From Patescibacteria group bacterium (GTDB taxonomy: Bacteria > Patescibacteriota > Microgenomatia > Woykebacterales > 2-01-FULL-43-14), in assembly GCA_023485445.1 (NCBI GenBank), contig JAMCZT010000026.1, positions 5,708 through 69,707 on the forward strand: a DNA stretch of 64,000 nucleotides. Direction: 5' to 3'. The position numbers were made by a program, and so were the translations under genes. The number at the start of each line of letters is the position of its first letter. Position 1 is the stretch's first letter. Of the stretch, positions 1 through 10,073 are shown in pieces. The notes beneath the pieces are model-generated. The model saw only the letters and a program-made list of their open reading frames with translations, ran no database searches and was not told where the DNA came from.

Positions 1-1491
1 GACGGCGTGAGGAATTCCTTTTCGTTTCAGTAGTTCGGAAAGGAGCTCGTTTTTCTCGATTGAAGTGGTTCCAACCAAGATTGGCTGTCCTTTCTCGTGT
101 CTTTCGATAATTTCTTTGACGATGGCTTCATATTTTCCTCTTTCGTTTTTATAAACAAAATCAGAGTGGTCCTTACGGATCATGGGCTGATGGGTCGGAA
201 TAGTCACGACATCAAGTTTGTAAATCTTATGAAATTCTTCCGCTTCTGTGGCGGCTGTTCCGGTCATACCAGCGAGTTTTTCATACATTCGAAAGTAGTT
301 TTGGAAAGTGATGGTGGCCAAAGTCTTTGACTCTTTTTGAACTGGAACGCTTTCTTTAGCTTCGATTGCTTGGTGGAGGCCTTCGCTATAACGGCGGCCA
401 AACATCAATCGTCCCGTGAATTCATCGACGATAATGACTTCGCCATCTTTAACTACGTAATCACGGTCTTTTTTAAATAAGGTTTTGGCCTTCAAAGCTT
501 CTTCCACATGGTGGACGGTCTCAAAATCCTTTTCGTAGAGGTTTTCCACTCCCAGCATCCGTTCGATCTTAGAAATTCCGATTTCGGTTAAATTCACTGT
601 TTTGAGCTTTTCATCAACAGAATAATCGGTTTTGTCTTGAAGTTTTTCGGCCAGATTGGCAAAATCGTAATATCTTTCGGTTGATTCTTCAGCTGGGGCG
701 CTAATGATTAGCGGTGTTCGGGCTTCATCGATCAGGATGGAGTCAACTTCATCCACGATGGAGAAATAATGCTCTCGTTGGGCCATTTGGCTTAAGTCCC
801 AAACCATGTTATCCCTAAGGTAATCAAAACCAAATTCGTTATTGGTTCCGTAAGTGACATCAGCAAGATATGCCTCTTTCCGGGAGACCTCTCTTAAAAA
901 TTTACCGATTCCTAGACCTTCCTGCTCTGGAGTTGCTGCCTCTTTTTCAGAAGTTTCTTGATTTTTTTCTATCTCTTCCTTTTTGCTTTCCGCCTCTGGA
1001 TCAAAGAGGTAAGATTTTTCATGATTTATCACTCCAACACTGATGCCTAAGGCGTGATAAATCGGTCCCATCCACTCAGCATCTCGGCTAGCTAGATAGT
1101 CGTTGACCGTGACCAGGTGGCCACCCCGGCCTGTTAAAGCATTGAGATATAAAGGGAGAGTAGCCACTAGGGTTTTTCCTTCTCCGGTTTTCATTTCGGA
1201 GATTTTTCCCTCGTGGAGAACAATTCCCCCGATCAACTGAACGTCAAAGTGACGCATTCCTACCGTGCGTCTTGAAGCCTCCCGGACCGCCGCGAAGGCT
1301 TCCGGGAGAAGATCATCAAGAGTTTCGCCGCGTTCGAAGCGGAGTTTAAACTCCGAGGTTTTCGCCTTTAACTCTTCGTCCGAAAGCTTTTTCATCTCCG
1401 GTTCCAAAGCGTTGGTCTTCTCCACAGTCGGAAGAACACGTTTTATTTCTTTTTCATTCGAATCCAATAATTTACCTAAAAAACCTAACAT
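1..1491 (-). CDS. secA: Preprotein translocase ATPase SecA, N-terminal ~497 aa. The gene continues beyond the window start (3' part cut off).
   Basis: The minus-strand translation from ATG (revcomp of cat at 1489-1491) reads [17 protein letters not shown]... and contains the SecA Walker-A region ([14 protein letters not shown]) and DEAD-motor blocks. An RBS aggaagg lies 10 nt upstream. The gene is absent from the ORF track because it has no in-window stop. Confidence 0.9.
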   Translation of the reverse strand, partial: MLGFLGKLLDSNEKEIKRVLPTVEKTNALEPEMKKLSDEELKAKTSEFKLRFERGETLDDLLPEAFAAVREASRRTVGMRHFDVQLIGGIVLHEGKISEMKTGEGKTLVATLPLYLNALTGRGGHLVTVNDYLASRDAEWMGPIYHALGISVGVINHEKSYLFDPEAESKKEEIEKNQETSEKEAATPEQEGLGIGKFLREVSRKEAYLADVTYGTNNEFGFDYLRDNMVWDLSQMAQREHYFSIVDEVDSILIDEARTPLIISAPAEESTERYYDFANLAEKLQDKTDYSVDEKLKTVNLTEIGISKIERMLGVENLYEKDFETVHHVEEALKAKTLFKKDRDYVVKDGEVIIVDEFTGRLMFGRRYSEGLHQAIEAKESVPVQKESKTLATITFQNYFRMYEKLAGMTGTAATEAEEFHKIYKLDVVTIPTHQPMIRKDHSDFVYKNERGKYEAIVKEIIERHEKGQPILVGTTSIEKNELLSELLKRKGIPHAV

Positions 1492-1573
1492 TCTCAATTA
1501 CCTTCCTAAAGTCATTTCTGAGCGAGCGAAGAAATATCGCAAGCGTTAGCGAGGGAGATATTTCAAACGCAGT

Positions 1574-1638
1574 GAGAAATCTAGCAAATCAAGGTCTGGA
1601 TTTGCGTTCGAATTTTATTGCGCTACGCTAGATTTCTC
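1574..1638. repeat. 12-bp perfect inverted repeat (gagaaatctagc / gctagatttctc) enclosing an inner 7-bp hairpin (gcaaatc/gatttgc). It lies in the purD-secA intergenic region.
   Basis: Read directly from the sequence. Both flanking genes are minus-strand, so on that strand it sits downstream of the purD stop and about 80-140 nt upstream of the secA start. Confidence 0.5.
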
Positions 1639-1951
1639 GTCCTCCTTCGTCAAGACTACGGACGGACTCGAAATGACACTAATATTCTACCATTTTGATC
1701 TCGGAAATGCCAGTTTACCTTGAGGTTTGTTTGAGGTGATAAGAGAGGGTTTCTCCTTCGCTCGACTCTGCATTCATCACCGACACATTAAACAGCCTGT
1801 TTATCAGTTAAAACGGAGGTTTTGGCAAATTTTCCAACGCTTATCGTCTTCGTCATGCTTTTAGGGTATCAAAAATTTTGGAGAGAGTAAAGTTGCGTAG
1901 GTGAGAAAAAGGAAGCGCTCGGGGACGAAAGATCCACGAGCGCTCTGTAAA

Positions 1952-3280
1952 TTAAACTATATCTTCTGCAATATCGGTTCGGTAATGGATTCCTGAGAAC
2001 CATACCTGGCCAGCGGCAAGATAAGCTTCCCATTTAGCCCGCTTAAAGCTCTTTCCTCGACCAACAGCCATTAAAACACGCCCGCCATTGGTGACCAGGT
2101 TTCCGTTGCTATCTTTGATCGTGCCCGCGTGAAAGATTAAAGTATTTCCTTCGATTTCGCCGAGAATTCGGATGAATTCCCCCATTTGTAGGTTTTTGCT
2201 GGTTGGGTAACCCTTAGAGCAAAGGACTACCCCCACGTAGACAAAATCCTTTTTCCAGGCTACGTCGATAAGGTTTAGCTTTCCCTCAAGGCAAGCAAAA
2301 ATGACTTCCAGCAAGTCGTTTTCCAGCTGGGGGAGAATAACTTGGGTTTCTGGATCTCCAGGGCGACAATTGAACTCAAGGACTTTTGGATGACCGCTTT
2401 TGGTGATAATGAAACCAGGATAAATGACACCCACGAAAGGGTGGTTTTTGGCCGCTAATCCGCGAATCATGGTCTCGGTGATCTTGACCATTTCTTCGAA
2501 AGTGTTTTTGGCTAACCAGGGGACGGGGCTATAGCATCCCACACCTCCGGTATTTTGCCCGCGGTCTCCATTGTAGATTTTTTTGTAATCATGAGCAGGA
2601 ACCATGGGAACGATGTTCCAACCGTCGCTAAAAGCTAAAAGAGAGACCTCTTGGCCGGTTAAAAAATCTTGGATTAGTAATTTCTTTCCGGCGTCTCCAT
2701 ATTCTTTGGATGCCATAAAGTCATCAATGATTTCGAAGGCCTCCTTAATGGTATAGGCGATAACGACTCCCTTTCCTGAAGCGATTCCATCCATTTTAAT
2801 GACCAATGGAAGCTTGTGGGTTACTGCTATCTGTTTAGCTTCTTGCCTTGAATTGCATATCTGGCTCTTGGGGCAGGGTATTCCAAATTCCTTCATTAAA
2901 AGGTAGTTTTCCGCCTTGCTTCCTTCAGTAAGAAAGGCGGCCATTTTAGTTGGGCCAAAAGCAAGGATTCCTGCTTGGTATAGTCGATCCACTACCCCGC
3001 GTACAAGTAAGCTGTCGGTCGAAGGAATTACCAAGTCGATTTTTTCTAGCCGGCATTTACAAATTAGGTTTTCAAAGTACTGCTCCCATTTTTCTTCGCA
3101 ATCTGATAGTTTTGGAATCGATAGATCGAAAGAATCAGCAATAGTGGCTGTGCCGCCATTGCCTGGGGCCGCGAAAAGCAATAGGTCTAGATGTTGGCTT
3201 AGTTTCCAAAGGATTGCGTGTTCTCTTGCGCCGGATCCCAAAACTAGAACCCTTCTCAAGGTTTCAGGTATTTTCATCAT
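1952..3280 (-). CDS. purD: Phosphoribosylamine--glycine ligase (GAR synthetase)
   Basis: 442-aa ORF. The N-terminus RVLVLGSGAREHAIL and the ATP-grasp body are typical of PurD. Confidence 0.9.
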   Translation of the reverse strand: MMKIPETLRRVLVLGSGAREHAILWKLSQHLDLLLFAAPGNGGTATIADSFDLSIPKLSDCEEKWEQYFENLICKCRLEKIDLVIPSTDSLLVRGVVDRLYQAGILAFGPTKMAAFLTEGSKAENYLLMKEFGIPCPKSQICNSRQEAKQIAVTHKLPLVIKMDGIASGKGVVIAYTIKEAFEIIDDFMASKEYGDAGKKLLIQDFLTGQEVSLLAFSDGWNIVPMVPAHDYKKIYNGDRGQNTGGVGCYSPVPWLAKNTFEEMVKITETMIRGLAAKNHPFVGVIYPGFIITKSGHPKVLEFNCRPGDPETQVILPQLENDLLEVIFACLEGKLNLIDVAWKKDFVYVGVVLCSKGYPTSKNLQMGEFIRILGEIEGNTLIFHAGTIKDSNGNLVTNGGRVLMAVGRGKSFKRAKWEAYLAAGQVWFSGIHYRTDIAEDIV

Positions 3281-3408
3281 TCTCTCCTTTCACCTTTTCT
3301 GTAAACATCTTACCAGATTTCTTTAAAACAGCGCTAGGTCAAGCGCTAAATAGCCCCTTGACGGTCTAAATTAGAAAGCGTAAGATGCGCTTAAGTGTTA
3401 CCCTGGAC

Positions 3409-3480
3409 AAGTCCCGTAGCAGTTTAGTTAATAGATAAATTTGTCTATTATCTTAGTTGCTACGGGACTTTGTTCCTTTT
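3409..3480. promoter_or_regulatory. 13-bp perfect inverted repeat (aagtcccgtagca ... tgctacgggactt) with a nested imperfect palindrome (aatagataaa/tttgtctatt) in the 46-bp spacer. It sits in the divergent purD / GT2 promoter region, and its right arm abuts a TTGACA box at 3480-3485.
   Basis: Read directly from the sequence. Its position between divergently transcribed genes and its overlap with a -35-like hexamer suggest an operator or other regulatory palindrome. Confidence 0.45.
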
Positions 3481-3504
3481 TGACAAAAACGGCTTATTTG
3501 CTGT

Positions 3505-4623
3505 ATGCTAAAAATTGTGAAGATCGTTGTCATCAATCCCACCTACAATGAAAAAGAAAACATTGCCCATTTGATTCCTGTTTTAGAAGAAGAATTTAAA
3601 AATATCAAACACGATATGCATATTTTGGTCGTGGACGATAATTCTCCCGATGGAACAGCGGAGATAGTTAAAGATCTCGCCAAAAAATATGAAAATGTCC
3701 ACTTAATTACTGGGGAAAAACAAGGGCTGGGAGCCGCGTATATCCGGGGAATGACTTACGCGATGGACAAACTTGGGGCGGACGCGGTGATGGAGATGGA
3801 CGCTGACTTTTCCCATAAACCAGAGGATGCGAAGAGGTTAGTTGAACAACTCGACGCTGGTTTTGATTTTGTCATCGGTTCCCGCTACGTGCCAGGTGGG
3901 ACGATCCCTAAAGAATGGGGCCTGACGCGCCGTTTAAACTCAAAATTTGGCAATATTTTTGCCCGTTACGTGGCTGGCTTATATCATGTTCACGATTGCA
4001 CGGCTGGCTATCGAGCAATTAAAACTTTGATCCTTAAAAAAATTGATCTTGCCCATCTTCACGCTCATGGCTATTCTTTCCAAATGAATCTGCTTTATCA
4101 GGCGGTAAGCCATGGGGCGAAAGTAAAAGAGGTGCCGGTTGATTTTGTGGATCGGAAATTAGGCACTTCAAAGCTTGGCGTCAAGGATATTATGGAATTT
4201 ATGCTTAACGCTTGGGTGATCCGCTTCGAACGTTCCGAAACATTTCTAAAGTTTGCGATCGTGGGAACTTCGGGAGTGGTTGTTAATCTGTTTTTCCTTA
4301 AGTTTATGTATGAAGGGTTAAGCTTCGATAAAAATTTAGCTAGTCCGCTCGCGACTGAGCTGGCGGTTATTTCTAATTTCATCTTTAATAATTATTGGAC
4401 CTTTTCCTCTCGAAACCGTTATTTAAATGACAGGTTTCCAGTAAAATTGCTAAAGTTTAACCTAGTCTCTTTGGTGGGGATAGGGCTAACGAGCCTAATC
4501 TTTTGGATTTTGAGTAATTCTTTTGGAATATACTACTTAGTCGCTCAGTCCCTCGGGATTGTGGTCGTGTTATTTTGGAACTATTTTGTTAACCTAAATT
4601 GGACCTGGCACGTACGAAGATAA
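3505..4623 (+). CDS. GT2-family polyprenyl-phosphate glycosyltransferase (Dpm1/GtrB-like) fused to a C-terminal GtrA-like 4-TM domain
   Basis: The N-terminus VVINPTYNEKENI...VVDDNSPDGT and the DAD motif are typical of Dpm1-like GT2 enzymes. The C-terminus FLKFAIVGTSGVVVNLFFL... through several TM helices matches the GtrA family. The true start may be the downstream GTG at 3516. Confidence 0.8.
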   Translation: MLKIVKIVVINPTYNEKENIAHLIPVLEEEFKNIKHDMHILVVDDNSPDGTAEIVKDLAKKYENVHLITGEKQGLGAAYIRGMTYAMDKLGADAVMEMDADFSHKPEDAKRLVEQLDAGFDFVIGSRYVPGGTIPKEWGLTRRLNSKFGNIFARYVAGLYHVHDCTAGYRAIKTLILKKIDLAHLHAHGYSFQMNLLYQAVSHGAKVKEVPVDFVDRKLGTSKLGVKDIMEFMLNAWVIRFERSETFLKFAIVGTSGVVVNLFFLKFMYEGLSFDKNLASPLATELAVISNFIFNNYWTFSSRNRYLNDRFPVKLLKFNLVSLVGIGLTSLIFWILSNSFGIYYLVAQSLGIVVVLFWNYFVNLNWTWHVRR

Positions 4624-4711
4624 ACTTTAGGTAGAGGCACCAGATCCAAAACAAATGTTTTGAAAGTTTAGAATTTCGTATTTCGAATTTAGAGTTTAAC
4701 TTGGAGGGTTT

Positions 4712-5449
4712 ATGAAAGGTGTTATTTTGGCTGGGGGAAACGCTACTCGCCTTCGGCCTTTAACGTGGGTTACTAACAAGCATCTGCTGCCGATTTACAA
4801 CAAACCAATGATTTATTATCCTCTCGAATCGATGGCTCGAGCGGGGATTAAAGAAGTCCTGATTACAACTGGACCTGACCATTCAGGGGACTTTATCAAT
4901 TTGCTTCGAAGCGGGAAAGATTTTGGCTTGAAACTTTCTTATGAAATCCAGGAAGATGCAGGTGGGCTTTCCCAAGCGGTTTCCTTGGCCGGAGAATTCG
5001 CGGGTGAAGAGAAAATTTTGGTTATCTTAGGAGATAATATTTTTAAGCACAACTTAGCTAAGGCTGTTGCAGATTTTGAGGAACAAAAAGAAGGAGCGAA
5101 GGTTTTTGGGAAACGGATGGCGACGGAGTGTCGGCAGTACGGGGTGATTGAAATCAAAGATGGTAAAGTGGTTTCGATTGAAGAAAAACCAGAAAATCCC
5201 AAATCAGATATTGCCCAGACAGGCATCTACATGTACGATTCACAAGTTTTTGATTTCATTAAGACTTTGAATCCTTCCGCTAGAGGAGAATTAGAGATTA
5301 CCGACTTAAATAACCTTTACGTGAAGCAGGGGACGATGACTTGCGAGATTATGGAGGATTGGTGGGTGGACGCGGGGACGTCGTTTAATGAGTTGCTAAG
5401 GGCGAATATGTTAGTGGCGGAAGAAGTGAAAAAAGAAAATGGAGGTTAA
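4712..5449 (+). CDS. rmlA: Glucose-1-phosphate thymidylyltransferase (short-form RmlA-like sugar nucleotidyltransferase)
   Basis: MKGVILAGGNATRLRPLT...KHLLPIYNKPMIYYPL is the canonical RmlA/NTP-transferase N-terminus. Confidence 0.8.
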   Translation: MKGVILAGGNATRLRPLTWVTNKHLLPIYNKPMIYYPLESMARAGIKEVLITTGPDHSGDFINLLRSGKDFGLKLSYEIQEDAGGLSQAVSLAGEFAGEEKILVILGDNIFKHNLAKAVADFEEQKEGAKVFGKRMATECRQYGVIEIKDGKVVSIEEKPENPKSDIAQTGIYMYDSQVFDFIKTLNPSARGELEITDLNNLYVKQGTMTCEIMEDWWVDAGTSFNELLRANMLVAEEVKKENGG

Positions 5450-5473
5450 GTTTTCAAAACATTTGAAAATTTT

Positions 5474-6022
5474 GTGAATATGGATTTTGTTACTTTAGAA
5501 AACCAGAACAACTTAATTAAGAACGTAATTCTTAAGCCGTTAAAGGTTAATCGAGACCCGCGCGGGTTTTTAGTAGAGACCTTGAAAACGGATTGGACGG
5601 ATGTCTTTGGAAAAGAGCTTTCGTTTGCCCAGAACTATTATTCTATCACTGAGTCAGGAGTAGCGCGAGATGAAGATCGTTTTCATGTCCATCCGACCCA
5701 AATGGATCGGTTTGTTTTCCCAAGGGGAGACGCTGTGGTGGTGCTTTTTGACCCAAGGGAAGACTCACCCACTAGAGGGATTTTGAATTTAGTAAAAATG
5801 GGTGAGAGTAACGGGGACGAAGGGCAATTTTTGCTTCTTATTCCTAATAAAGTGATGCATGGATTTTGTAACGTTGGAGAGACGCAGGCGATGATTCTTA
5901 ACTACCCGAGTAAATTATACGATTCAACCGAAGAAGGCAGAATGCCATTTGCAGAATCTGGTGCTTTTTTTTCCGACGGAACGCCTTTTTCTTGGGACGT
6001 AGTTAGGCAAGTTTTTAGGTAA
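5474..6022 (+). CDS. rmlC: dTDP-4-dehydrorhamnose 3,5-epimerase-like cupin (RmlC family)
   Basis: 182-aa cupin with the RDPRGFLVE...MHGF pattern. It sits between rmlA and rmlB. Confidence 0.65.
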   Translation: MNMDFVTLENQNNLIKNVILKPLKVNRDPRGFLVETLKTDWTDVFGKELSFAQNYYSITESGVARDEDRFHVHPTQMDRFVFPRGDAVVVLFDPREDSPTRGILNLVKMGESNGDEGQFLLLIPNKVMHGFCNVGETQAMILNYPSKLYDSTEEGRMPFAESGAFFSDGTPFSWDVVRQVFR

Positions 6023-6037
6023 GGTGAGGTAGCTTTT

Positions 6038-7051
6038 ATGAAATTACTAGTGACCGGAGGTGCCGGGGCGATCGGTTCTAACTTTATCCAATACTGGTTA
6101 AAAACCCATCCAGAGGATGAAGTGGTTAATCTGGATAAGCTGACTTACGCAGGAAATTTAGAAAACCTAAAAGCGGTTGAAAATAATCCTAAATATCAGT
6201 TTGTGAAAGGGGATATTTGCGACACGGGGTTGGTCGGTGCTTTGTTGAAAGATATCGATACGGTAGTTCATTTTGCCGCCGAAAGTCATGTTGATCGCAG
6301 CATTTCAGGTCCGGCCGTTTTTGTTCAGACTAATATTGTCGGAACGCAAGTTTTACTTGACGGCGCGGTTAAGAATAACGTAAAAAGATTTCACCATGTT
6401 AGTACTGATGAAGTTTTTGGTTCCTTAGAATTAGTTTCCCAAGAAAAGTTTAACGAGAATTCCCTTTATAACCCTCACAGCCCCTACTCGGCTAGCAAGG
6501 CCGCTTCAGACCATTTGGTTCGGGCTTATCACGATACTTACGGTTTGCCGATTACTATTACCAATTGTTCCAATAATTTTGGCCCCTATTTTTTCCCGGA
6601 AAAACTATTTCCTTTAGCGATCACTAATTTACTAGAAGGCAAGAAAGTCCCGGTTTATGGGGAAGGCCTTAACGTCCGTGACTGGCTTTACGTTGAAGAC
6701 CATTGCCGGGCGATAGACTTAGTTTTAGAAAAAGGCAAGGTTGGGGAGACTTACTTAGTCGGGGGCAACAATGAAGTGCCGAATATTGAAGCAGTGAAGC
6801 TGATCTTTAAAATTTTAGGCCGACCGGAAACGATGATCGAATACGTCAAAGACCGTCCTGGTCATGACCTTCGCTACGGAATTGATGCGACAAAAATAAA
6901 GGAAGAACTAGGTTGGGAGCCAAAGCACACCTTTGAGGAAGCTTTGCGCGAGACGGTAGAATGGTATAGGAACAACGAAAGCTGGTGGAAAAAGATAAAG
7001 AGCGGAGAATATTTAGAATACTACAAGAAACAGTATGACGGGAAAAGATAG
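6038..7051 (+). CDS. rmlB: dTDP-glucose 4,6-dehydratase
   Basis: MKLLVTGGAGAIGSNF..., the YSASKAASDH catalytic motif and a 337-aa SDR-extended fold. Confidence 0.9.
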   Translation: MKLLVTGGAGAIGSNFIQYWLKTHPEDEVVNLDKLTYAGNLENLKAVENNPKYQFVKGDICDTGLVGALLKDIDTVVHFAAESHVDRSISGPAVFVQTNIVGTQVLLDGAVKNNVKRFHHVSTDEVFGSLELVSQEKFNENSLYNPHSPYSASKAASDHLVRAYHDTYGLPITITNCSNNFGPYFFPEKLFPLAITNLLEGKKVPVYGEGLNVRDWLYVEDHCRAIDLVLEKGKVGETYLVGGNNEVPNIEAVKLIFKILGRPETMIEYVKDRPGHDLRYGIDATKIKEELGWEPKHTFEEALRETVEWYRNNESWWKKIKSGEYLEYYKKQYDGKR

Positions 7052-7068
7052 TTGTCATTTTGGCTTGT

Positions 7069-7106
7069 CTAGAATCTAAAGCAGAAAGGATTCTAGCAGT
7101 TTTTCT
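7069..7106 (+). terminator. 8-bp perfect stem (ctagaatc/gattctag) followed by a T-run, between rmlB and rmlD. Possibly a partial terminator or attenuator within the rml operon.
   Basis: Hairpin plus cagtttttctttgc, read directly from the sequence. Confidence 0.4.
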
Positions 7107-7149
7107 TTGCCCGATTGCCAGAATGACGTTGTGAAAGTTAGAGGTTGTA

Positions 7150-8067
7150 ATGAAACTTTTAGTCACCGGAACCTTTGGATTAATTGGCACCAGGTTCTTA
7201 GAATTAAATAACGGTCGTTTTGAAATCGTTGCTTTAGATCGAAATGACGCTCCATCTGAGTTCGAAAATACCTCCTTGGTAAAAGCTGATATTACGGATA
7301 GCCAGGCAATTGAAAAGGCGATTTTAGAGGCCCATCCAGCGGCCGTGTTGCACATGGCTGCTTATACGGATGTCAATGGCGCTGAGAGCAACAAGAAATT
7401 GGCTTGGAATATTAACGTTGAAGGAACAAAAAATATTGCGAAAGCGGCGAAAAAAGTTGGTGCGAAAGTGATATTTCTTTCTACGGACCATACCTTTAAA
7501 GGAAACAGCAAAAGCTACCAAGAAAATGATCAACAAGAACCCATTAATTATTACGGCCAAACCAAATATGAAGCCGAGCAGGCCTTGATGAAAAACGGTT
7601 TGAATTATCTGATTATCCGTTTATCCTATCCTTACAGAGCACGGTTTGAAGCTAAGTCTGACACTGTCCGTTGGATGATTCCAAAACTGCAAAATGGAGA
7701 AACATTAACCTTGGTGAACGACCAGTATATCAGCCCGACTTTTGCCGATGATTTGATAGAAGTAATTTTCAGGCTGATTGAGAAAGGGTCCACCGGCGTT
7801 TTCCATGTGGCCGGCCACGATTGCCTTACCTTTTATGAAATGGGCCAAAAGGTTTGTGAAGTGTTTGGTTTTGAAAAGAGCTTAGTTCAGCCAATTTCGC
7901 TGGAAGAATTTACGGCTAGAACTAACCGAGTGGCAAGGCAGCCAAAGTTGAGTTGCTTAAACGTGGAAAAAGCGGAAAAAGAAATCAGCTTTACGATGAG
8001 TGATTTTGAAGCTGGCTTGAGAAAGATCAAAGAACAGCTAGATAATTCTAATGGAGGTCTTAAGTGA
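7150..8067 (+). CDS. rmlD: dTDP-4-dehydrorhamnose reductase
   Basis: MKLLVTGTFGLIG..., the YGQTKYEAE catalytic Y-x3-K motif, and the RmlD-like length and context. Confidence 0.78.
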   Translation: MKLLVTGTFGLIGTRFLELNNGRFEIVALDRNDAPSEFENTSLVKADITDSQAIEKAILEAHPAAVLHMAAYTDVNGAESNKKLAWNINVEGTKNIAKAAKKVGAKVIFLSTDHTFKGNSKSYQENDQQEPINYYGQTKYEAEQALMKNGLNYLIIRLSYPYRARFEAKSDTVRWMIPKLQNGETLTLVNDQYISPTFADDLIEVIFRLIEKGSTGVFHVAGHDCLTFYEMGQKVCEVFGFEKSLVQPISLEEFTARTNRVARQPKLSCLNVEKAEKEISFTMSDFEAGLRKIKEQLDNSNGGLK

Positions 8068-9086
8068 AAGTTTTAATAACTGGCGGTTGCGGGTATATCG
8101 GAGCTCACACTACCGTTGACTTAGTCAACGAAGGTTTTGATGTTATCTCGATTGATGACAATTCTCGTTCAAACGAAGAGATCCTCAAAGGTGTTGCCAA
8201 AATTACTGGCAAAGAAATTAAAAATTACCGGGTAAACTTATGCGATTCTGGGAGGACGAGAGAAGTTTTTGAACAGAATCGGGATCTTTCAGCGGTAATT
8301 CATTTCGCTGCATACAAAACGGTTCCAGAATCGGTGGAAAATCCTTTGTTGTATTACCGGAACAATATAGATTCTTTGCTTAGTGTTTTGGATTGCCTTG
8401 TTGAATTTAAGATACCTTATTTTGTCTTTTCTTCTTCTTGCGCGGTTTACGGCAATATTGATACTTTACCCGTGACGGAAGAGAGCCCTTTGAAAGAAGC
8501 TGAATGTCCGTATGCCCGGACAAAGCAGATCGGAGAAAAGATTATTTTTGATCTTTCAAAAGTTAGCTCCACTAAGAGTGTTATGCTTCGGTATTTCAAT
8601 CCCGTTGGGGCTCATGAATCTGGTTTGATTGGCGAAGTTCCTTATGGTAAGCCTGAGAATCTAGTTCCGGTGATTACCCAGACGGCAATCGGAAAAATCA
8701 AGGAGTTAACTATTTATGGCAAGGATTATTCCACTCGAGATGGCACTTGCATTAGGGATTATATTCACGTGATGGATATCGCAAATGCTCACACTAAAGC
8801 TGTACAATATTTAGTTGATTCAAAAAATGGTTCAAATTACGAAATATTTAATCTTGGTTCGGGAACGGGTGTGACCGTTTTGGAAGCGGTCAAGGCTTTT
8901 GAGGGTAGTACTGGGGTGAAATTAAATTATACTTTTGGCCCGAGGCGGCCCGGTGATGTCGTGGCAATTTACGCTGACAATAAAAAAGCAATCGAAAAAT
9001 TGAAATGGGATCCCCAAAGAGATATCAACGAAATGATGTCGAGCGCCTGGAAGTGGGAATTGAATTTGGAGAAGAAAGAAGGATAA
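8064..9086 (+). CDS. galE: UDP-glucose 4-epimerase
   Basis: MKVLITGGCGYIGAHT..., the YARTKQIGE motif and a 340-aa length. Confidence 0.85.
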   Translation: MKVLITGGCGYIGAHTTVDLVNEGFDVISIDDNSRSNEEILKGVAKITGKEIKNYRVNLCDSGRTREVFEQNRDLSAVIHFAAYKTVPESVENPLLYYRNNIDSLLSVLDCLVEFKIPYFVFSSSCAVYGNIDTLPVTEESPLKEAECPYARTKQIGEKIIFDLSKVSSTKSVMLRYFNPVGAHESGLIGEVPYGKPENLVPVITQTAIGKIKELTIYGKDYSTRDGTCIRDYIHVMDIANAHTKAVQYLVDSKNGSNYEIFNLGSGTGVTVLEAVKAFEGSTGVKLNYTFGPRRPGDVVAIYADNKKAIEKLKWDPQRDINEMMSSAWKWELNLEKKEG

Positions 9087-10031
9087 ATGAAAATTGTCGT
9101 TATTGGAGGAGGGACGGGAACATATACTGTTTTAACGGGATTAAAGAAATTTCGCGGGGTGGAGTTAACGGCAATTGTTTCTATGATGGACAGCGGTGGT
9201 AGTTCGGGAAGGTTGCGGGATGAATTTGGTCATCTTCCTCCCGGCGATGTCCGCCAATGTTTAGTGGCTTTAAGCGAAGAAGACCTGATACTCCGCCAGC
9301 TTTTTAACTTTCGTTTTGAAAAAAATAGTTCTTTAAATGGACATAGTTTTGGAAATTTATTTTTGACAGCATTAACCGAGATTACCGGGGGAACAGAAAA
9401 AGCAATCGAGGAAGCGGCAAAAATTTTAACCGTCAAGGGTCGGGTTTTGCCAGTAACTTTGACGAATACTGAGCTTTGCGCCAAATTGGTTGATGGGACG
9501 ATTATCCGCGGAGAAACAAATATTGATGTTCGGAAAATTAAGCCGGAGATAAAAATTGACCATGTTTACCTCGACCCAAAAGCGTCTGTTTATTTACCAG
9601 TTCTCCAATCGATTAAGGAAGCCAATATTCTGGTGATTGGGCCAGGAGACCTTTACAGCAGCATTATTCCGAACCTTTTAGTTAGTGGGGTGTCGGAAGC
9701 AATCAAATCTTCTCGGGCGAAAAAGGTTTATGTTGCCAATTTGATGACCAAACACGGTGAATCAGATCATTTTAAGGCTTCAGATTTTATTAAAGAGGTT
9801 TTGAAATACTTGGGTGATGGAGCCAAAATTGATTATGCAATTGTAAACAAAGGCCGGACCAACAAGATTCAAATGGAAAATTACCAAAAAGAAAACGCTT
9901 TTCTGGTTGAATATGATGAAGAAGAATGCCAAAGATTAGTTAAAAAAGTTATTAGTCGTTCCCTAGTATCTTCTGGGAAACTATTTAGGCACGATCCAGA
10001 GAAACTAGCCAAGTCAATTTTAGGAATATAA
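9087..10031 (+). CDS. yvcK: YvcK/CofD-family protein (UPF0052; GlmR-like UDP-GlcNAc-binding regulator)
   Basis: VVIGGGTGTYTVLTGLKK...MDSGGSSGRLR is diagnostic of the YvcK/CofD family. The gene lies directly upstream of glmS. Confidence 0.82.
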   Translation: MKIVVIGGGTGTYTVLTGLKKFRGVELTAIVSMMDSGGSSGRLRDEFGHLPPGDVRQCLVALSEEDLILRQLFNFRFEKNSSLNGHSFGNLFLTALTEITGGTEKAIEEAAKILTVKGRVLPVTLTNTELCAKLVDGTIIRGETNIDVRKIKPEIKIDHVYLDPKASVYLPVLQSIKEANILVIGPGDLYSSIIPNLLVSGVSEAIKSSRAKKVYVANLMTKHGESDHFKASDFIKEVLKYLGDGAKIDYAIVNKGRTNKIQMENYQKENAFLVEYDEEECQRLVKKVISRSLVSSGKLFRHDPEKLAKSILGI

Positions 10032-10073
10032 AACTAGGAGTGCAAGTTTTAAAGCAATTTTAAGTTTGTTATC

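Noticed and set aside
97-1549. Plus-strand track ORFs 97-330 and 1265-1549
   Set aside because: They lie entirely within and antisense to the clearly recognisable minus-strand secA reading frame. Their low-complexity, S/R/F-rich translations are typical of antisense artefacts.
2916-3326. Plus-strand ORFs 2916-3326 and 2950-3144 overlapping purD
   Set aside because: They are antisense to purD, and purD has strong family-level support. No motifs were found in them.
4098-5226. Minus-strand ORFs 4098-4382 and 4939-5226
   Set aside because: They are embedded antisense in the GT2/GtrA and rmlA genes, and their translations are low-complexity.
6846-7560. Minus-strand ORFs 6846-7355 and 7324-7560
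   Set aside because: They are antisense to rmlB and rmlD, which are confidently identified. They are likely artefacts of AT-rich sequence.
10032-10073. Possible glmS ribozyme upstream of glmS
   Set aside because: The intergenic gap is only 42 nt, far too short for the ~170-nt glmS ribozyme. The core motifs are not visible.
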